The notes under the pieces: model-generated
Told to the model about the DNA's origin: nothing
What the model saw: the letters and a program-made list of their open reading frames with translations, nothing else
Database searches by the model: none
Translations under genes and position numbers: made by a program
Shown: positions 1 through 8,847 of the stretch, piece after piece
Position numbering within the stretch: position 1 is the first letter of the stretch
Layout of the letters: each line of letters opens with the position of its first letter
DNA from: a virus
Taxonomy: Duplodnaviria; Caudoviricetes
DNA: 27,792 nt
Reading direction: 5' to 3' (one strand)
Virus record (IMG/VR): IMGVR_UViG_3300009424_000045
Location: 1-27,792 of that record

Positions 1-2219
1 ACCGCAGCCGCGGCCACGAAGTTGAACGGTGGCGGAAGCGTTGCGAGCGCCTTCTGGACGGCAACGTAACCGTCAATGGTTGCCTGAGCGATGGCGGCTG
101 CCTTGCCAATCGCACCGATCACCCCGGTGCCTTGCTTCGTCACGCTGGCGAGCGCCCCGAAGAAATCGGACGCGGCGTTTAGCCGTTCCTGATTATATTT
201 GACATAGAGGCCAGCGAGAGCGCGCTGGTATGTTTCCTCGTTGATAAGATCAGCCTGGCGCAACCTTTCCAGCTCGTTATAGACGTCCTGCTTCATTGCG
301 ATCTCAAGATTCTGGTCGAGGATGGGGGCAAGCACCTGACCCAGCTCCGACTGGATCAGCTGCTGTTCCCGCAGCGCATCATTCTTGCGAATGATCTCGG
401 CCACTTCGTCACGCAGCTTGCCCGTAGTCTCGTCGTAGAGCGACAAGCCCCGGTCCTGGTATTCCTGCCGCAGCTGCTCAAGGAAAAGCGTCTGCTGTGT
501 GGCTATGCCATATTGCCGAGTTGCGTTCTCGGCCGCCTCGATCCCCTGCTTGAAGCGGAATAGCGGGTCGGTCGCGGCTGCGTAGTCCAGCCCGGCCATG
601 TTGACGGCGGCGGAGTAGTCGGTCTGCGAGATTGCGTTCTTGGCGAGCAGGTCGTAGGCCGCTTGGAGAGTGGCGTTGTAGTTCCGCGCCGGAGTGATGA
701 TGTTGGCGAGGATACGGTCGGCCTCGTTTTGGGCGAAGCTGGCCTGCTGCATCGTCACTAGCTTGGACTGGAGCGCCGTCCGTTCCTCGTCTGTCAACTT
801 GATCTTCTTTTGCGACAACGTCTGGTCGATCTGATCCAACCGCTGCTGAACCTCTCGGGCGTCCTTGAGCATGCCCATACGCTCCAGCTCATTGTCAAGC
901 TGCATATTGACCAGGCGCAACGCCTCGGCCCGTTTCATCTCAGGGGTGTCTTTGACGGTCTTGGCTGCGCTGTCCGGACGGTCTTCGATGATCGCCTTGG
1001 CTTGGGCGGCAATGCGTGCCTTGGCGATCTGAGCGGCCCGATCCGTGATCCGCTTGCCGAAGGCATCGAGCGCCGCGTTGGCTTCGTCAAACTCTTGCTT
1101 GAGCGTGTCGCCGATCTTGAGCTCCTGCAACGGGCGCAAGCCCTCGGCCAGGTCGCGCCCGTTAACGAGGTTGCTGGCCCCTTGCCTGATGTTGGAAAAG
1201 ATCGTGCCGATGTTTCCCGCGCTGACCTTGGCGACTTCGACCAACGTGAAGAACAAGGCCCTGCTTGCCGCCACTGTAAACTTGAAGGCCTCAACAATGA
1301 AGTCGGCGGCGTCGGAGAAGAATGTTTTGATGTCCTGAGTTGTGATGCCTGCCGCGTCAAGGATCGATTCCATGCTGACCTGCCACGCCGCCTTGATCGT
1401 GTCACCAGCCGTGACAGTTACGTCCTCCAATTCCTTGACCTCTTTGGCCGTCAAGCCGAGACTATTGGCGTAGGCGTTGAGATCCCCTGCCGTCTCCCGC
1501 GCCTCGTTCCGCAGCTGGCGAAACACGAGAGCGATCCCTCCCATGACCACAAGCAGCGGGGCGAGCTTGAGCAGTAGCATGCCGGTGACACGAAGCACGC
1601 CCAGCCAGCCGTTCTCCATCTGTCCGGCAACGTAGCTGATCTGCGACCCCTGCTGGACAAGAACAAGGAGCGGGTTCATCCCGCCAGCAAGGGAGACGCC
1701 AATATCGTTATACTGGGCGACCAGGTTTGCTGTGTTGGCCCGGGCTGCCCCTGTCCCACGGGCGTTCCGCTGGAGCGCGGTCGTCATCCGATCTAGCCCA
1801 GCCGTTGCCGCTTTGAGCTTCGCGTCCGCGGCGCTGACTGCCTGCTGGTAAACATTCATCTTGATCGCCCCCGCACCGAGCAGGGCGTTAGCCTCGTTTA
1901 GCTCGTTGTTGTAGCGCATCTGCGCGGCGTAAAGGGGGTCGATTGACGACCGCAGGCGATTGACGCGGTCGTAAAGATTCTCTGTTTTGCTGCCGGAATC
2001 CGCCATCGCGGACGCGAGCTTTTGCGACGCCCCCGCCGCCTTCGTTTGTGCGGCAGCCAGGCGGTCAACGGCCGAGGTGTTAGCCGAGGACAGCGCGGCC
2101 TGGAGCTTGTCAACTGCGCTCGCTCCTTTGGTCGCCTCGGCCGCGATGTCCCGCAACTTCTTGACAATGGTCCCATCGACCTTGTCTGTTACCTGAATGC
2201 CAACAACTTCGGTGGTCAT
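1..2219 (-). CDS. Tail tape measure protein (3' end beyond window edge)
   Basis: Not in the ORF track because it is open at the edge. ATG at 2219 (MTTEVVGIQVTDKVDG...); the same frame reads ...VQKALATLPPPFNFVAAAA at the left edge. Ala-rich and helical, with the lambda-type TMP N-terminal motif ANLVAQYNDIGVSLAGGMNPLLVLVQQGSQI. Lies after the tail chaperones. Confidence 0.92.
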   Translation of the reverse strand, partial: MTTEVVGIQVTDKVDGTIVKKLRDIAAEATKGASAVDKLQAALSSANTSAVDRLAAAQTKAAGASQKLASAMADSGSKTENLYDRVNRLRSSIDPLYAAQMRYNNELNEANALLGAGAIKMNVYQQAVSAADAKLKAATAGLDRMTTALQRNARGTGAARANTANLVAQYNDIGVSLAGGMNPLLVLVQQGSQISYVAGQMENGWLGVLRVTGMLLLKLAPLLVVMGGIALVFRQLRNEARETAGDLNAYANSLGLTAKEVKELEDVTVTAGDTIKAAWQVSMESILDAAGITTQDIKTFFSDAADFIVEAFKFTVAASRALFFTLVEVAKVSAGNIGTIFSNIRQGASNLVNGRDLAEGLRPLQELKIGDTLKQEFDEANAALDAFGKRITDRAAQIAKARIAAQAKAIIEDRPDSAAKTVKDTPEMKRAEALRLVNMQLDNELERMGMLKDAREVQQRLDQIDQTLSQKKIKLTDEERTALQSKLVTMQQASFAQNEADRILANIITPARNYNATLQAAYDLLAKNAISQTDYSAAVNMAGLDYAAATDPLFRFKQGIEAAENATRQYGIATQQTLFLEQLRQEYQDRGLSLYDETTGKLRDEVAEIIRKNDALREQQLIQSELGQVLAPILDQNLEIAMKQDVYNELERLRQADLINEETYQRALAGLYVKYNQERLNAASDFFGALASVTKQGTGVIGAIGKAAAIAQATIDGYVAVQKALATLPPPFNFVAAAA

Positions 2220-2229
2220 AGCCGGCCCC

Positions 2230-2670
2230 TTAGGAGAACAACGTCTTGCGGGCTTCTTCGACCGCAACACGGAATGAGATCAGGGCGCGCGGAACGAAGC
2301 CACCAGCGAATTGCGAGGACGAGCCCTCGTCCAGGCGTTTGATGTAAGGGGTCAGGTTGTAAAGGAACAACGTCTGCCCGGGCTCCTTGACGGTCAACGC
2401 CGCCTCCGCCTCATTGATCGCCTGCTCCGCGCTGCTGCGACGGGTGGATCCCTTGATGCCGGGGTAGTAAGGCGGGATATTGACCGCAGGCGGGGCGTTG
2501 AGCGACACCTGCCAGTTGGACAGGGCTTCGGACGTGTCAACTGGCGTGACATAGACGAGCTCACGGACGGCAGCGCGGACGCCGGCGACGGCCAGGCGGG
2601 ACGCGCTCGTCTCGACCAGGCCTGCCAGACGCTCCATACGGGCGGCGAGATGATTAAGATCCTTTGTCAC
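2230..2670 (-). CDS. HK97 gp10-like neck/tail-completion protein
   Basis: 146 aa; motifs TPVDTSEALSNWQVS and YNLTPYIKRLDEGSSSQ are typical of the HK97 gp10-like family; position in tail module. Confidence 0.8.
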   Translation of the reverse strand: MTKDLNHLAARMERLAGLVETSASRLAVAGVRAAVRELVYVTPVDTSEALSNWQVSLNAPPAVNIPPYYPGIKGSTRRSSAEQAINEAEAALTVKEPGQTLFLYNLTPYIKRLDEGSSSQFAGGFVPRALISFRVAVEEARKTLFS

Positions 2671-3016
2671 CCTTGGTTGCCTTTGCCTTTGTGCGCTTTC
2701 CGTGCCATTCGAGAAACGCGCTGTCCATTGCCGCTATGTGTGTCCAGAGATCGTCCCGTTGCTCATGGTCCAGGTCGTAGTCCCTCGCATACTGGAAACA
2801 TGACGCCCGCGTGATGCCCTGCCCCTTCGACCTGTCTCGTTCCGGATCGAGGTCGAACCATGCGTTAAGGAAGAGCGCGGACCCAAAGTGCAAGGCTGGT
2901 TTCTCAGCAATTCGCTTTGGCAGCGGTTCCTTGAACCTCTTGCATTCCCGCCGGATTCGGGCTTCGATCTCCGGCGGGTATTCATGCAAGTAGAGCAGGA
3001 CAGCGATCAGTTTCCC
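2654..3016 (-). CDS. Tail assembly chaperone, C-terminal extension (T part of gpGT, reached by -1 frameshift)
   Basis: The -1 frame is open from the GGGAAAC site (GKLIAVLLYLHEYPPEIEAR...AMDSAFLEW...); its own TTG start at 2989 is weak. Confidence 0.8.
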   Translation of the reverse strand, partial: GKLIAVLLYLHEYPPEIEARIRRECKRFKEPLPKRIAEKPALHFGSALFLNAWFDLDPERDRSKGQGITRASCFQYARDYDLDHEQRDDLWTHIAAMDSAFLEWHGKRTKAKATKGDKGS

Positions 3017-3450
3017 GTCGTGACCTCCTTTTCCTTTTCACGGAAAGCGGCAGCCTTCTGGGCGCGCGCTTCCCAGTCGTTATAGAGCTCCGGAAGCTCC
3101 TCGAAGAGCGCGTGAGCGTTGTCCGGTGTGAACTCAAGCGGCTGCGTGTCCGCGGCGTCGCCGGTCAGCTCCGACTTCGGCAGGTTGTTCCAGCCGAGAA
3201 GAATGGTGTTGACAAACACCTCCCGCAGCATCTTGCGGGCCAGGTCGTTGTCCATGGCATCGTTGGCGATTGCCGACTGATGCGGCTTGGTCACACGGTT
3301 GAGCTCGGCCGTGTAGCGACGATTGGTCGGCCCCATGCGGGCCAGGCGGATCGTGATGGGCTGCCCGTTGTGCTCATTAACGGCCACTTCCATCTCAACG
3401 CCATCGGTCTCGGCCTGCTTGTCGGTCTTGAATGTTTTCCGGAGTGACAT
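3007..3450 (-). CDS. Tail assembly chaperone (gpG-like)
   Basis: 147 aa between tail tube and TMP; motifs IRLARMGPTNRRY and ILLGWNNL...LEFTPDNAHALF; ends on a slippery heptamer. Confidence 0.85.
   Translation of the reverse strand: MSLRKTFKTDKQAETDGVEMEVAVNEHNGQPITIRLARMGPTNRRYTAELNRVTKPHQSAIANDAMDNDLARKMLREVFVNTILLGWNNLPKSELTGDAADTQPLEFTPDNAHALFEELPELYNDWEARAQKAAAFREKEKEVTTGN
3010..3016 (-). other. Programmed -1 ribosomal frameshift site G GGA AAC
   Basis: Minus strand ACG GGA AAC TGA: an X XXY YYZ heptamer directly before the stop, with the -1 frame matching the downstream ORF. Confidence 0.85.
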
Positions 3451-3468
3451 ATTCTGATCCTCTTGTTA

Positions 3469-3499
3469 GTCGGGGGCGACTTTGCCAACCGCCCCCGAC
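3469..3499 (-). other. GC-rich stem-loop downstream of the tail tube gene
   Basis: GTCGGGGGCG-N11-CGCCCCCGAC, a 10-bp inverted repeat with no U-tract on the minus strand. Confidence 0.5.
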
Positions 3500-3532
3500 C
3501 TTAACGCCAAACGATCAGACGGGCACTGCCGA

Positions 3533-5056
3533 TCAGCAGTCAACCTCGGCCATGGCGGCGTTCGGCAGATACGAGAACCAGCCCATCAGCGCAGTGTGGC
3601 CAAAGTTGCTTTCTGCCGCCATCGTCTCGACCGGGATGATGATTGCCGCGTCCTGCTCGATGTTGAGCCGGCCGCCACCGAGCCCGACAAGCGGGAGATC
3701 GATATACAGCCCGGCGTTGTTCTTGCAGTAGATGGCATCGAAGGTCACATCCGCGTTGCAGCGGACAGCGTGGATGGCTTCGACCGTGCTGAAATAGCAA
3801 GAAAACGATCCGTCAACGTCAAAGTTGCCGGTGATCGTATCGAAGCTCCCGAGCACGCCCTGAGCCTTCGCCGGGGTGACGTTGTTGTTAAATGTGAGGC
3901 TCCATTCCGTCACGCGGGCGAAGAGCGGGGTCGGATTCAACGTCGCCGCGTCCAGCACGCTCATCCGAAGGCGAAAGATATTGGACGCCGTGTTGAAAGC
4001 GTCTTCCCCGAGCGCCGGCAGGACCGTGTTGCTCGCCCGGGCGATCAGTGGGCCTTCGGTGCCTGTCCGCGTGTTGGCACGCTGGGCAATGTAGCCCATG
4101 TCCACATTGACAAGGCCCGAGAGGGGGCTTGTCCATGTGAGCTCGTTGGCAACCGCCCCGGTAAGGAACTCCGATTGCGTCCCAACGTCGTCACGGCCGA
4201 TGGTCCGCTCCAGCGTGGAGCTGAACCGCTTGATGAGATCGGGGTCTTCCTCGTTCTTGATAACGTCGGAGAAGTAGACGGGGACGGACAACCCTGTCCC
4301 CGCCTGCGCCGTCACGGTCGCGGTCGCCTTGTCGAGGGTGAGGAATGACCCGTCAGCCGCGATCCCGTCGGGGGCAATTCGGGCATAGAACGCGCCGAAG
4401 GGGAAGAAGGAGAGGGCCGTATCCCCGCCGATGAAAACCCACATCCCCGGCACCAGGTCATAGTCGCGGAAGTCGCCTGCCGCGGTGTTGAGCTGGAACG
4501 TGCCGGCAACGTCAGTGATGGACAGGTCCGAAGCCGGGAACGTGTGACCAACGAGCTTGACCTTGGCCCCGGCAGGAGGGGTTTCCGCCGCCTCGGTCGC
4601 CGTCGTCTCGATCAGCGTTCCGGTGACGCCGGACACGACCTTCATGCCGTTGTTGCTGGCCACAGCGAAGCCGCTCGCCAGCAAGATCGCCCCCGCTGCG
4701 ATGGAGCCGGGGACGGCCGTCGCAGAATTATATCCTGCCGCAACAGCATCGATCACCAGCTCCGGCGTCCGGCGCATATCGGCGAAGAAGAATTCCTCCA
4801 TATCGCTCTGGAGGTTGTTCTGGGTGACGTCCTCGTTATACCCGCCGTCGGCGTTGAGATCGGTAACCGACCCCTTCTTCCGCTGCCGGGAGGGTGAGAA
4901 CGGCCGACGAGCCGTCTTGACATATTCCCCGCCCAAGGCATCGAAGGAGTTTGGCTCCCGCGTCTGCCATGTGCCGGTTGCCGGAACCTCGCCGAGCACG
5001 GTCTCCCTGATCTTGTAGAAGCCAACGAGGTTGGAGTCCTGCTTTTGCACCGCCAT
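3533..5056 (-). CDS. Major tail tube protein
   Basis: 507 aa; motifs ARRPFSPSRQRKKGSVTDLNADGG and SLTFNNNVTPAKAQGVLGSFDTITGNFDVDGSFSCYF; located between tail terminator and chaperones. Confidence 0.88.
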   Translation of the reverse strand: MAVQKQDSNLVGFYKIRETVLGEVPATGTWQTREPNSFDALGGEYVKTARRPFSPSRQRKKGSVTDLNADGGYNEDVTQNNLQSDMEEFFFADMRRTPELVIDAVAAGYNSATAVPGSIAAGAILLASGFAVASNNGMKVVSGVTGTLIETTATEAAETPPAGAKVKLVGHTFPASDLSITDVAGTFQLNTAAGDFRDYDLVPGMWVFIGGDTALSFFPFGAFYARIAPDGIAADGSFLTLDKATATVTAQAGTGLSVPVYFSDVIKNEEDPDLIKRFSSTLERTIGRDDVGTQSEFLTGAVANELTWTSPLSGLVNVDMGYIAQRANTRTGTEGPLIARASNTVLPALGEDAFNTASNIFRLRMSVLDAATLNPTPLFARVTEWSLTFNNNVTPAKAQGVLGSFDTITGNFDVDGSFSCYFSTVEAIHAVRCNADVTFDAIYCKNNAGLYIDLPLVGLGGGRLNIEQDAAIIIPVETMAAESNFGHTALMGWFSYLPNAAMAEVDC

Positions 5057-5060
5057 GATT

Positions 5061-5519
5061 TTATCCCTTTGTCTGATTGAACTGGAAATCTACAATGACG
5101 TTCCAGCGATACCACGTCCCGTCCGCCTCCAGCTCATTGATCCGAGGGTTGCGGAACCAGACCCCGGACGCTGTTTCAGCCGCCATGAATATACATTGCA
5201 CGAAGGCGGCCAGCAACTCCCCAGTCGCGTATGCTGTTGGGCTCTTCATCGGCGCGAAAAGCTGGACAACAAGAAAGCCATCGGTCACATATTCGGGCGG
5301 GGACATACCTGGACCGTCCGGCATGATATGTGCTCGCTGCCTGGTTGTGACGAGCTGGGTCGATGCCATCGCCCAGAATTTATCCGCGCCGGGCGTTGCT
5401 GCCTTCTCAACGCCTTGGTAGCGAATCTCAGGGACGGGGCTGACGATCGTGCCGGCTGCCCACTTGTCCGCGAGCAGCGCAAAAATCTCTTTACGGGCCT
5501 GCTGCGGCGTCGCGCTCAT
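5061..5519 (-). CDS. Tail terminator protein
   Basis: 152 aa; GFLVVQLFAP...GVWFRNPRINE...WYRWNVIVDF pattern; directly before the tail tube gene. Confidence 0.75.
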   Translation of the reverse strand: MSATPQQARKEIFALLADKWAAGTIVSPVPEIRYQGVEKAATPGADKFWAMASTQLVTTRQRAHIMPDGPGMSPPEYVTDGFLVVQLFAPMKSPTAYATGELLAAFVQCIFMAAETASGVWFRNPRINELEADGTWYRWNVIVDFQFNQTKG

Positions 5520-5908
5520 GATTGCACCAGCAGGTAGTAGAGGACCGGCGTTCCGTTGGGGGCGACGGCATCGATCTTCTTGACCGAATAGACGCGGCCG
5601 TCCGCCCGGGTGATCGTGTCAGTCAGCTCGGGGACAAAAGGGACGCCTCCTTGCATCAACCCCAGCTCGGCAGACTCGGGAACGTCGGTCCCCTTCATTG
5701 ACTGGCGAAAAGCCATCGGCATCATGGCCACGTCCCGCGACGAGAAGAACACGATCTCACAAGGGACAGGGCTGGGCTCGCTGCCCTCGGTCGGGTAGCC
5801 CGGGTCGCCGCCCGCCACAGGCCGCGGCTTTTGCCACTGGCATTGTGCACCAAAGGCGCCAATAAGTGCCTTTGCAGCGCCAATATCCTGTGTGTAAACG
5901 TCCGCCAC
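5516..5908 (-). CDS. Head closure / head-tail joining protein
   Basis: 130 aa, beta-rich C-terminus (YSVKKIDAVAPNGTPVLYYLLV); position after the adaptor; overlapping start/stop codons. Confidence 0.7.
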   Translation of the reverse strand: MADVYTQDIGAAKALIGAFGAQCQWQKPRPVAGGDPGYPTEGSEPSPVPCEIVFFSSRDVAMMPMAFRQSMKGTDVPESAELGLMQGGVPFVPELTDTITRADGRVYSVKKIDAVAPNGTPVLYYLLVQS

Positions 5909-6411
5909 TACGCTCTCACCGTCTTGAGGCCGAAGGAGCCCGCATCACAAAGGTGGGGAGAAAGGTAGGCCATTGCGACAACCAGGCGGGGCTCAAGGCC
6001 AAGGCCGCCGGCAACTTCGTAGAACTCGCGCTCAAGCGGGCCGACCTTAACCTTGCTCAACTGTGGGTCGAGAGCGCCGGAAGGGGTCAGGACGATGCCG
6101 CCAAAACTGTCAACGGCAAGCTGAGCCTGCGCCTGCTTAATGTTGCGCGGAATCGTGTGGGCATAGTCTTCGGCGGTGTCGCCATCGACCAGGCCCATAC
6201 GCGGAAACGGAAGTTCCTGGTCGATGGCGACAACGTCACCCCGAAAACAAAGGGTCCGGAAGTAGTCCATGGCCTTGATGGCGTGAAGTGTGGCGGCGGC
6301 ATCGTCCGGGACGACCACACCGCGCGCTGCTGCGTATGCGATGATCTCGGCTTCCGTGACGAAGGATGTTGCCCCCGTGACGACCGTCCCATCTTCAACG
6401 ATCAAGGCCAT
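5908..6411 (-). CDS. Head-tail adaptor (DnaT-like/Ad1 family)
   Basis: Characteristic N-terminus MALIVEDGTVVTGATSFVTEAEIIAYAAARG, plus QELPFPR, IPRNIKQAQAQLA and KVGPLEREF. Confidence 0.85.
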   Translation of the reverse strand: MALIVEDGTVVTGATSFVTEAEIIAYAAARGVVVPDDAAATLHAIKAMDYFRTLCFRGDVVAIDQELPFPRMGLVDGDTAEDYAHTIPRNIKQAQAQLAVDSFGGIVLTPSGALDPQLSKVKVGPLEREFYEVAGGLGLEPRLVVAMAYLSPHLCDAGSFGLKTVRA

Positions 6412-6416
6412 GCGTG

Positions 6417-6584
6417 TTACGCAGCGGGGGCCATGACGCCAAGCGCGACCAGCACGGCAGCAAGGTCGGCGGCCGTGGTGGAATACGTGGCGGGGGCCGC
6501 CCGTGCGGCTGCGAGGGCCGCGCTGGCGGCCGCATCTTCGAGCTGCTCGGGCTTCGTCTTGGGGATAACGTTCTTGATGGCCAT
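6417..6584 (-). CDS. Small Ala-rich virion protein (possible head fibre/decoration), 55 aa
   Basis: ATG at 6584 with GGAGGAATAAC RBS; MAIKNVIPKTKPEQ...LAAVLVALGVMAPAA; lies in the head module. Confidence 0.55.
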   Translation of the reverse strand: MAIKNVIPKTKPEQLEDAAASAALAAARAAPATYSTTAADLAAVLVALGVMAPAA

Positions 6585-6585
6585 G

Positions 6586-6942
6586 TTATTCCTCCGTATC
6601 GATTGCGCGCCGGGTGACGCGGGTGCCGTAATGGGTGGTCCCATCGATGATGTTGGCTGCGATGTTGCGCGCGAGCTTGCCCCGGATCATCGTGGCTTCG
6701 GTGTTGATCCGAAAAAGCGCAACCGCGGCATCCAGCTCGGCCTGCTCGGCGTCGTCAAGGATGCTTGTGGATTCTTCGTCAACGGCAGGGGCAGGGGCCG
6801 GCGTTGCGGCGGTCGTGACGGGCTGCGGAATCTCCGCGCTGTCCCCAGCCTTTGCCCAAGGCGAGGCGGGCGCAGGTGCGGGGGTCGGGGAGGGGGCAGG
6901 CGTCTCGGACTTTGGGTCCGGATTGTTCGGGGCCTTGGCCAT
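6586..6942 (-). CDS. Hypothetical Pro/Ala-rich protein after the major capsid gene
   Basis: 118 aa; AAAGGA RBS; low-complexity N-terminus. Confidence 0.6.
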   Translation of the reverse strand: MAKAPNNPDPKSETPAPSPTPAPAPASPWAKAGDSAEIPQPVTTAATPAPAPAVDEESTSILDDAEQAELDAAVALFRINTEATMIRGKLARNIAANIIDGTTHYGTRVTRRAIDTEE

Positions 6943-6963
6943 CGGATGTCCTTTCTTGTTGGA

Positions 6964-6990
6964 AGAAAAACGGGGGCCGAAGCCCCCGTT
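6964..6990 (-). terminator. Rho-independent terminator after the major capsid gene
   Basis: Minus strand AACGGGGGC-TTCG-GCCCCCGTT-TTTCTT: cUUCGg tetraloop plus U-tract. Confidence 0.85.
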
Positions 6991-6999
6991 CCCCTTGGG

Positions 7000-8034
7000 T
7001 TAACCGTTGGTGATGAGGAAAGCGAGCGGAATGTTCTTCCGGTCGATCACCCGATCCCAGTTGGCAGCCAAAGCAAGGTTGGCATCCGTCGGCGAGATGT
7101 TGTTGACAGTCTTGCCGGTCGGGCCGGTCACCGTGTTGCTGGTGAACTGATAGCCGAAGGGGTGGATCACCCACGTCTTGCGGGTCCAGAGGTTCTCGAC
7201 ACCGGCACCGTTGCCCTGCGCCGCTTCGCGCTCGACCTCGGTCGGAACGAGGGGGGTGCCTTCGCCGTAACCGAAGGCGGCTTCGCCGAAGAGCATCGAG
7301 ACGTAACGAAACCCGCTGGTGGTGCCGGCGATGACGGGGGCACCGTCATCGACCACGATCCGACGACCGAGGTAGGTCGGAATGGTGAGCTGCCCCTGCG
7401 AGTCCGGGATATAGACAATGTCATCCCCTTCGATCATGCGCTGCATGACGACCGAGTGGACGACCATGGTCCGAATCCCGTCCCAGCGATCACCGAGGGT
7501 GAAAGTGGCCGAGATGAGGGCCGACCGCGAGAACAGGTTTGCGGCCGTGGCAGCGTCGCCGTCCTGGATCGAGATGTCATGGACCATGTCCGAGCTGTCC
7601 TGAGCGACGTTGGCGAGAAGAACGCCGATCGAGCTCGCCACCAGCCGGCGCTGCCAACGCTTCGTCCAATAGCTGTCCACACGGGCGCGGATGCGCCGCA
7701 TGGCATTGCCGCCCATGGCGAGCTCTGCGGCAAGATCGGACTCCGACCAGCCTTGGTTCAGGAACGCCTTGCGGGCGATCTGCTCGCCCTGCTCGATGGT
7801 CTTCGGCACGGCAACATCGCCGGGGGCGTCGTTGGAGTAGTTGGGCTCATCGGCTGCGTTGAGATCACGCCAGAACGGGAGCTCGGCGGTCTTGCCTGGC
7901 GAGTTGGCCAGGTTGTCGAGCATCGCATTGCGCGCGATAACGCCGGACGCGAAGAAAGCGGTCTTCTCGGGGCTGTCCTCGGCCGGGAGGTCGTTGAAGA
8001 TGGTCACATCGATGATGTTGGCAAGGCGAGACAT
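7000..8034 (-). CDS. Major capsid protein (HK97 fold)
   Basis: 344 aa; motifs TAFFASGVI, ELPFWRDL, VVHSVV...IPTYLGRRIVVDDG, IHPFGY and ANWDRVIDRKNIPLAFLITNG; GGAG RBS; follows the scaffold gene. Confidence 0.93.
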   Translation of the reverse strand: MSRLANIIDVTIFNDLPAEDSPEKTAFFASGVIARNAMLDNLANSPGKTAELPFWRDLNAADEPNYSNDAPGDVAVPKTIEQGEQIARKAFLNQGWSESDLAAELAMGGNAMRRIRARVDSYWTKRWQRRLVASSIGVLLANVAQDSSDMVHDISIQDGDAATAANLFSRSALISATFTLGDRWDGIRTMVVHSVVMQRMIEGDDIVYIPDSQGQLTIPTYLGRRIVVDDGAPVIAGTTSGFRYVSMLFGEAAFGYGEGTPLVPTEVEREAAQGNGAGVENLWTRKTWVIHPFGYQFTSNTVTGPTGKTVNNISPTDANLALAANWDRVIDRKNIPLAFLITNG

Positions 8035-8082
8035 GGTATTCTCCGTGTGCTGGGGTTTGTTGGGTGCGAGGGCGAGATAGGA

Positions 8083-8835
8083 TTACTTGCCCTTCTGGTG
8101 CTCGGCGCGGAGCCGGTCATAGCGGGCAGGGTCTTCCTTGCGAAGCGCAATCAATTCCTCATCGGTATGATCGAGCCACTTCTTCTCGGCGGCACCGCCG
8201 CCCGAGCCGGGTCCGCCGGCACCGCCGCCAGAACCCTTACCGCTGATAATAATAGCGGCATATTTCGGGTTGGCAAGCAGTTCCTGCTTGAGCTCGTCAA
8301 GCGTCTTTGCCGACGGGGCACCGGCCTCGTCCAGCACGCGGGTGAAGTAGCGCCCATCCGCGCCCTTCTCGACCTTGAGACGCTTCTGGATCACGTCCTG
8401 AAACAGCTCTGGCACGGTGCTGATCTCAGCCGCCGTGGCCACCGCCGTGTTGGTCACGAGCAGACGCTCGATCTCACCGGTGAGGGACGAGGTCTCATTC
8501 TTGGCCGCATTGATGGCCGCATCCAGCTTCTGCTGCCATGAGGCTTCGATGGCCTGGACGTCCTTGCCCTTGTCGGCCTTGGCGGCGGTCAGGTCGTTGG
8601 TCAGGGTTTCGATCTGTGCGGTCGCTGCCGTCGCCGCGTCCTTGGCGGCCTTAGCGTCGTTCTCGGCTGCCACACGGAGGTTCTTCTCGTGCTCCTTGGC
8701 GTTCTTCAACGCGGTGACGTCTTCCACGTCCTTGCCATCGACCTGGAGGACGAACTTACCGTCCGCCCCCTGCTTGTAGAACGCCTTGACGGCCTCGTCC
8801 AGACCGTCCAGTGTTTCGAGGATACGCTTGAGCAT
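8083..8835 (-). CDS. Capsid scaffolding protein
   Basis: 250 aa coiled-coil; LDGLDEAVKAFYKQGADGKFVLQVDG N-terminus, Gly-rich linker and short helical tail; directly before the MCP gene. Confidence 0.85.
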   Translation of the reverse strand: MLKRILETLDGLDEAVKAFYKQGADGKFVLQVDGKDVEDVTALKNAKEHEKNLRVAAENDAKAAKDAATAATAQIETLTNDLTAAKADKGKDVQAIEASWQQKLDAAINAAKNETSSLTGEIERLLVTNTAVATAAEISTVPELFQDVIQKRLKVEKGADGRYFTRVLDEAGAPSAKTLDELKQELLANPKYAAIIISGKGSGGGAGGPGSGGGAAEKKWLDHTDEELIALRKEDPARYDRLRAEHQKGK

Positions 8836-8847
8836 GATAGTTCTCCC

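Noticed and set aside
810-2342. Several plus-strand and off-frame ORFs over the tape measure gene
   Set aside because: They overlap the continuous minus-strand TMP frame and have antisense-type composition.
5908-6411. DnaT primosomal protein
   Set aside because: The DnaT-like label applies to a head-tail adaptor family; the gene context is structural.
5866-8541. 891-aa plus-strand ORF
   Set aside because: Antisense shadow of the capsid, scaffold and adaptor genes in GC-rich DNA; no recognisable motif or RBS.
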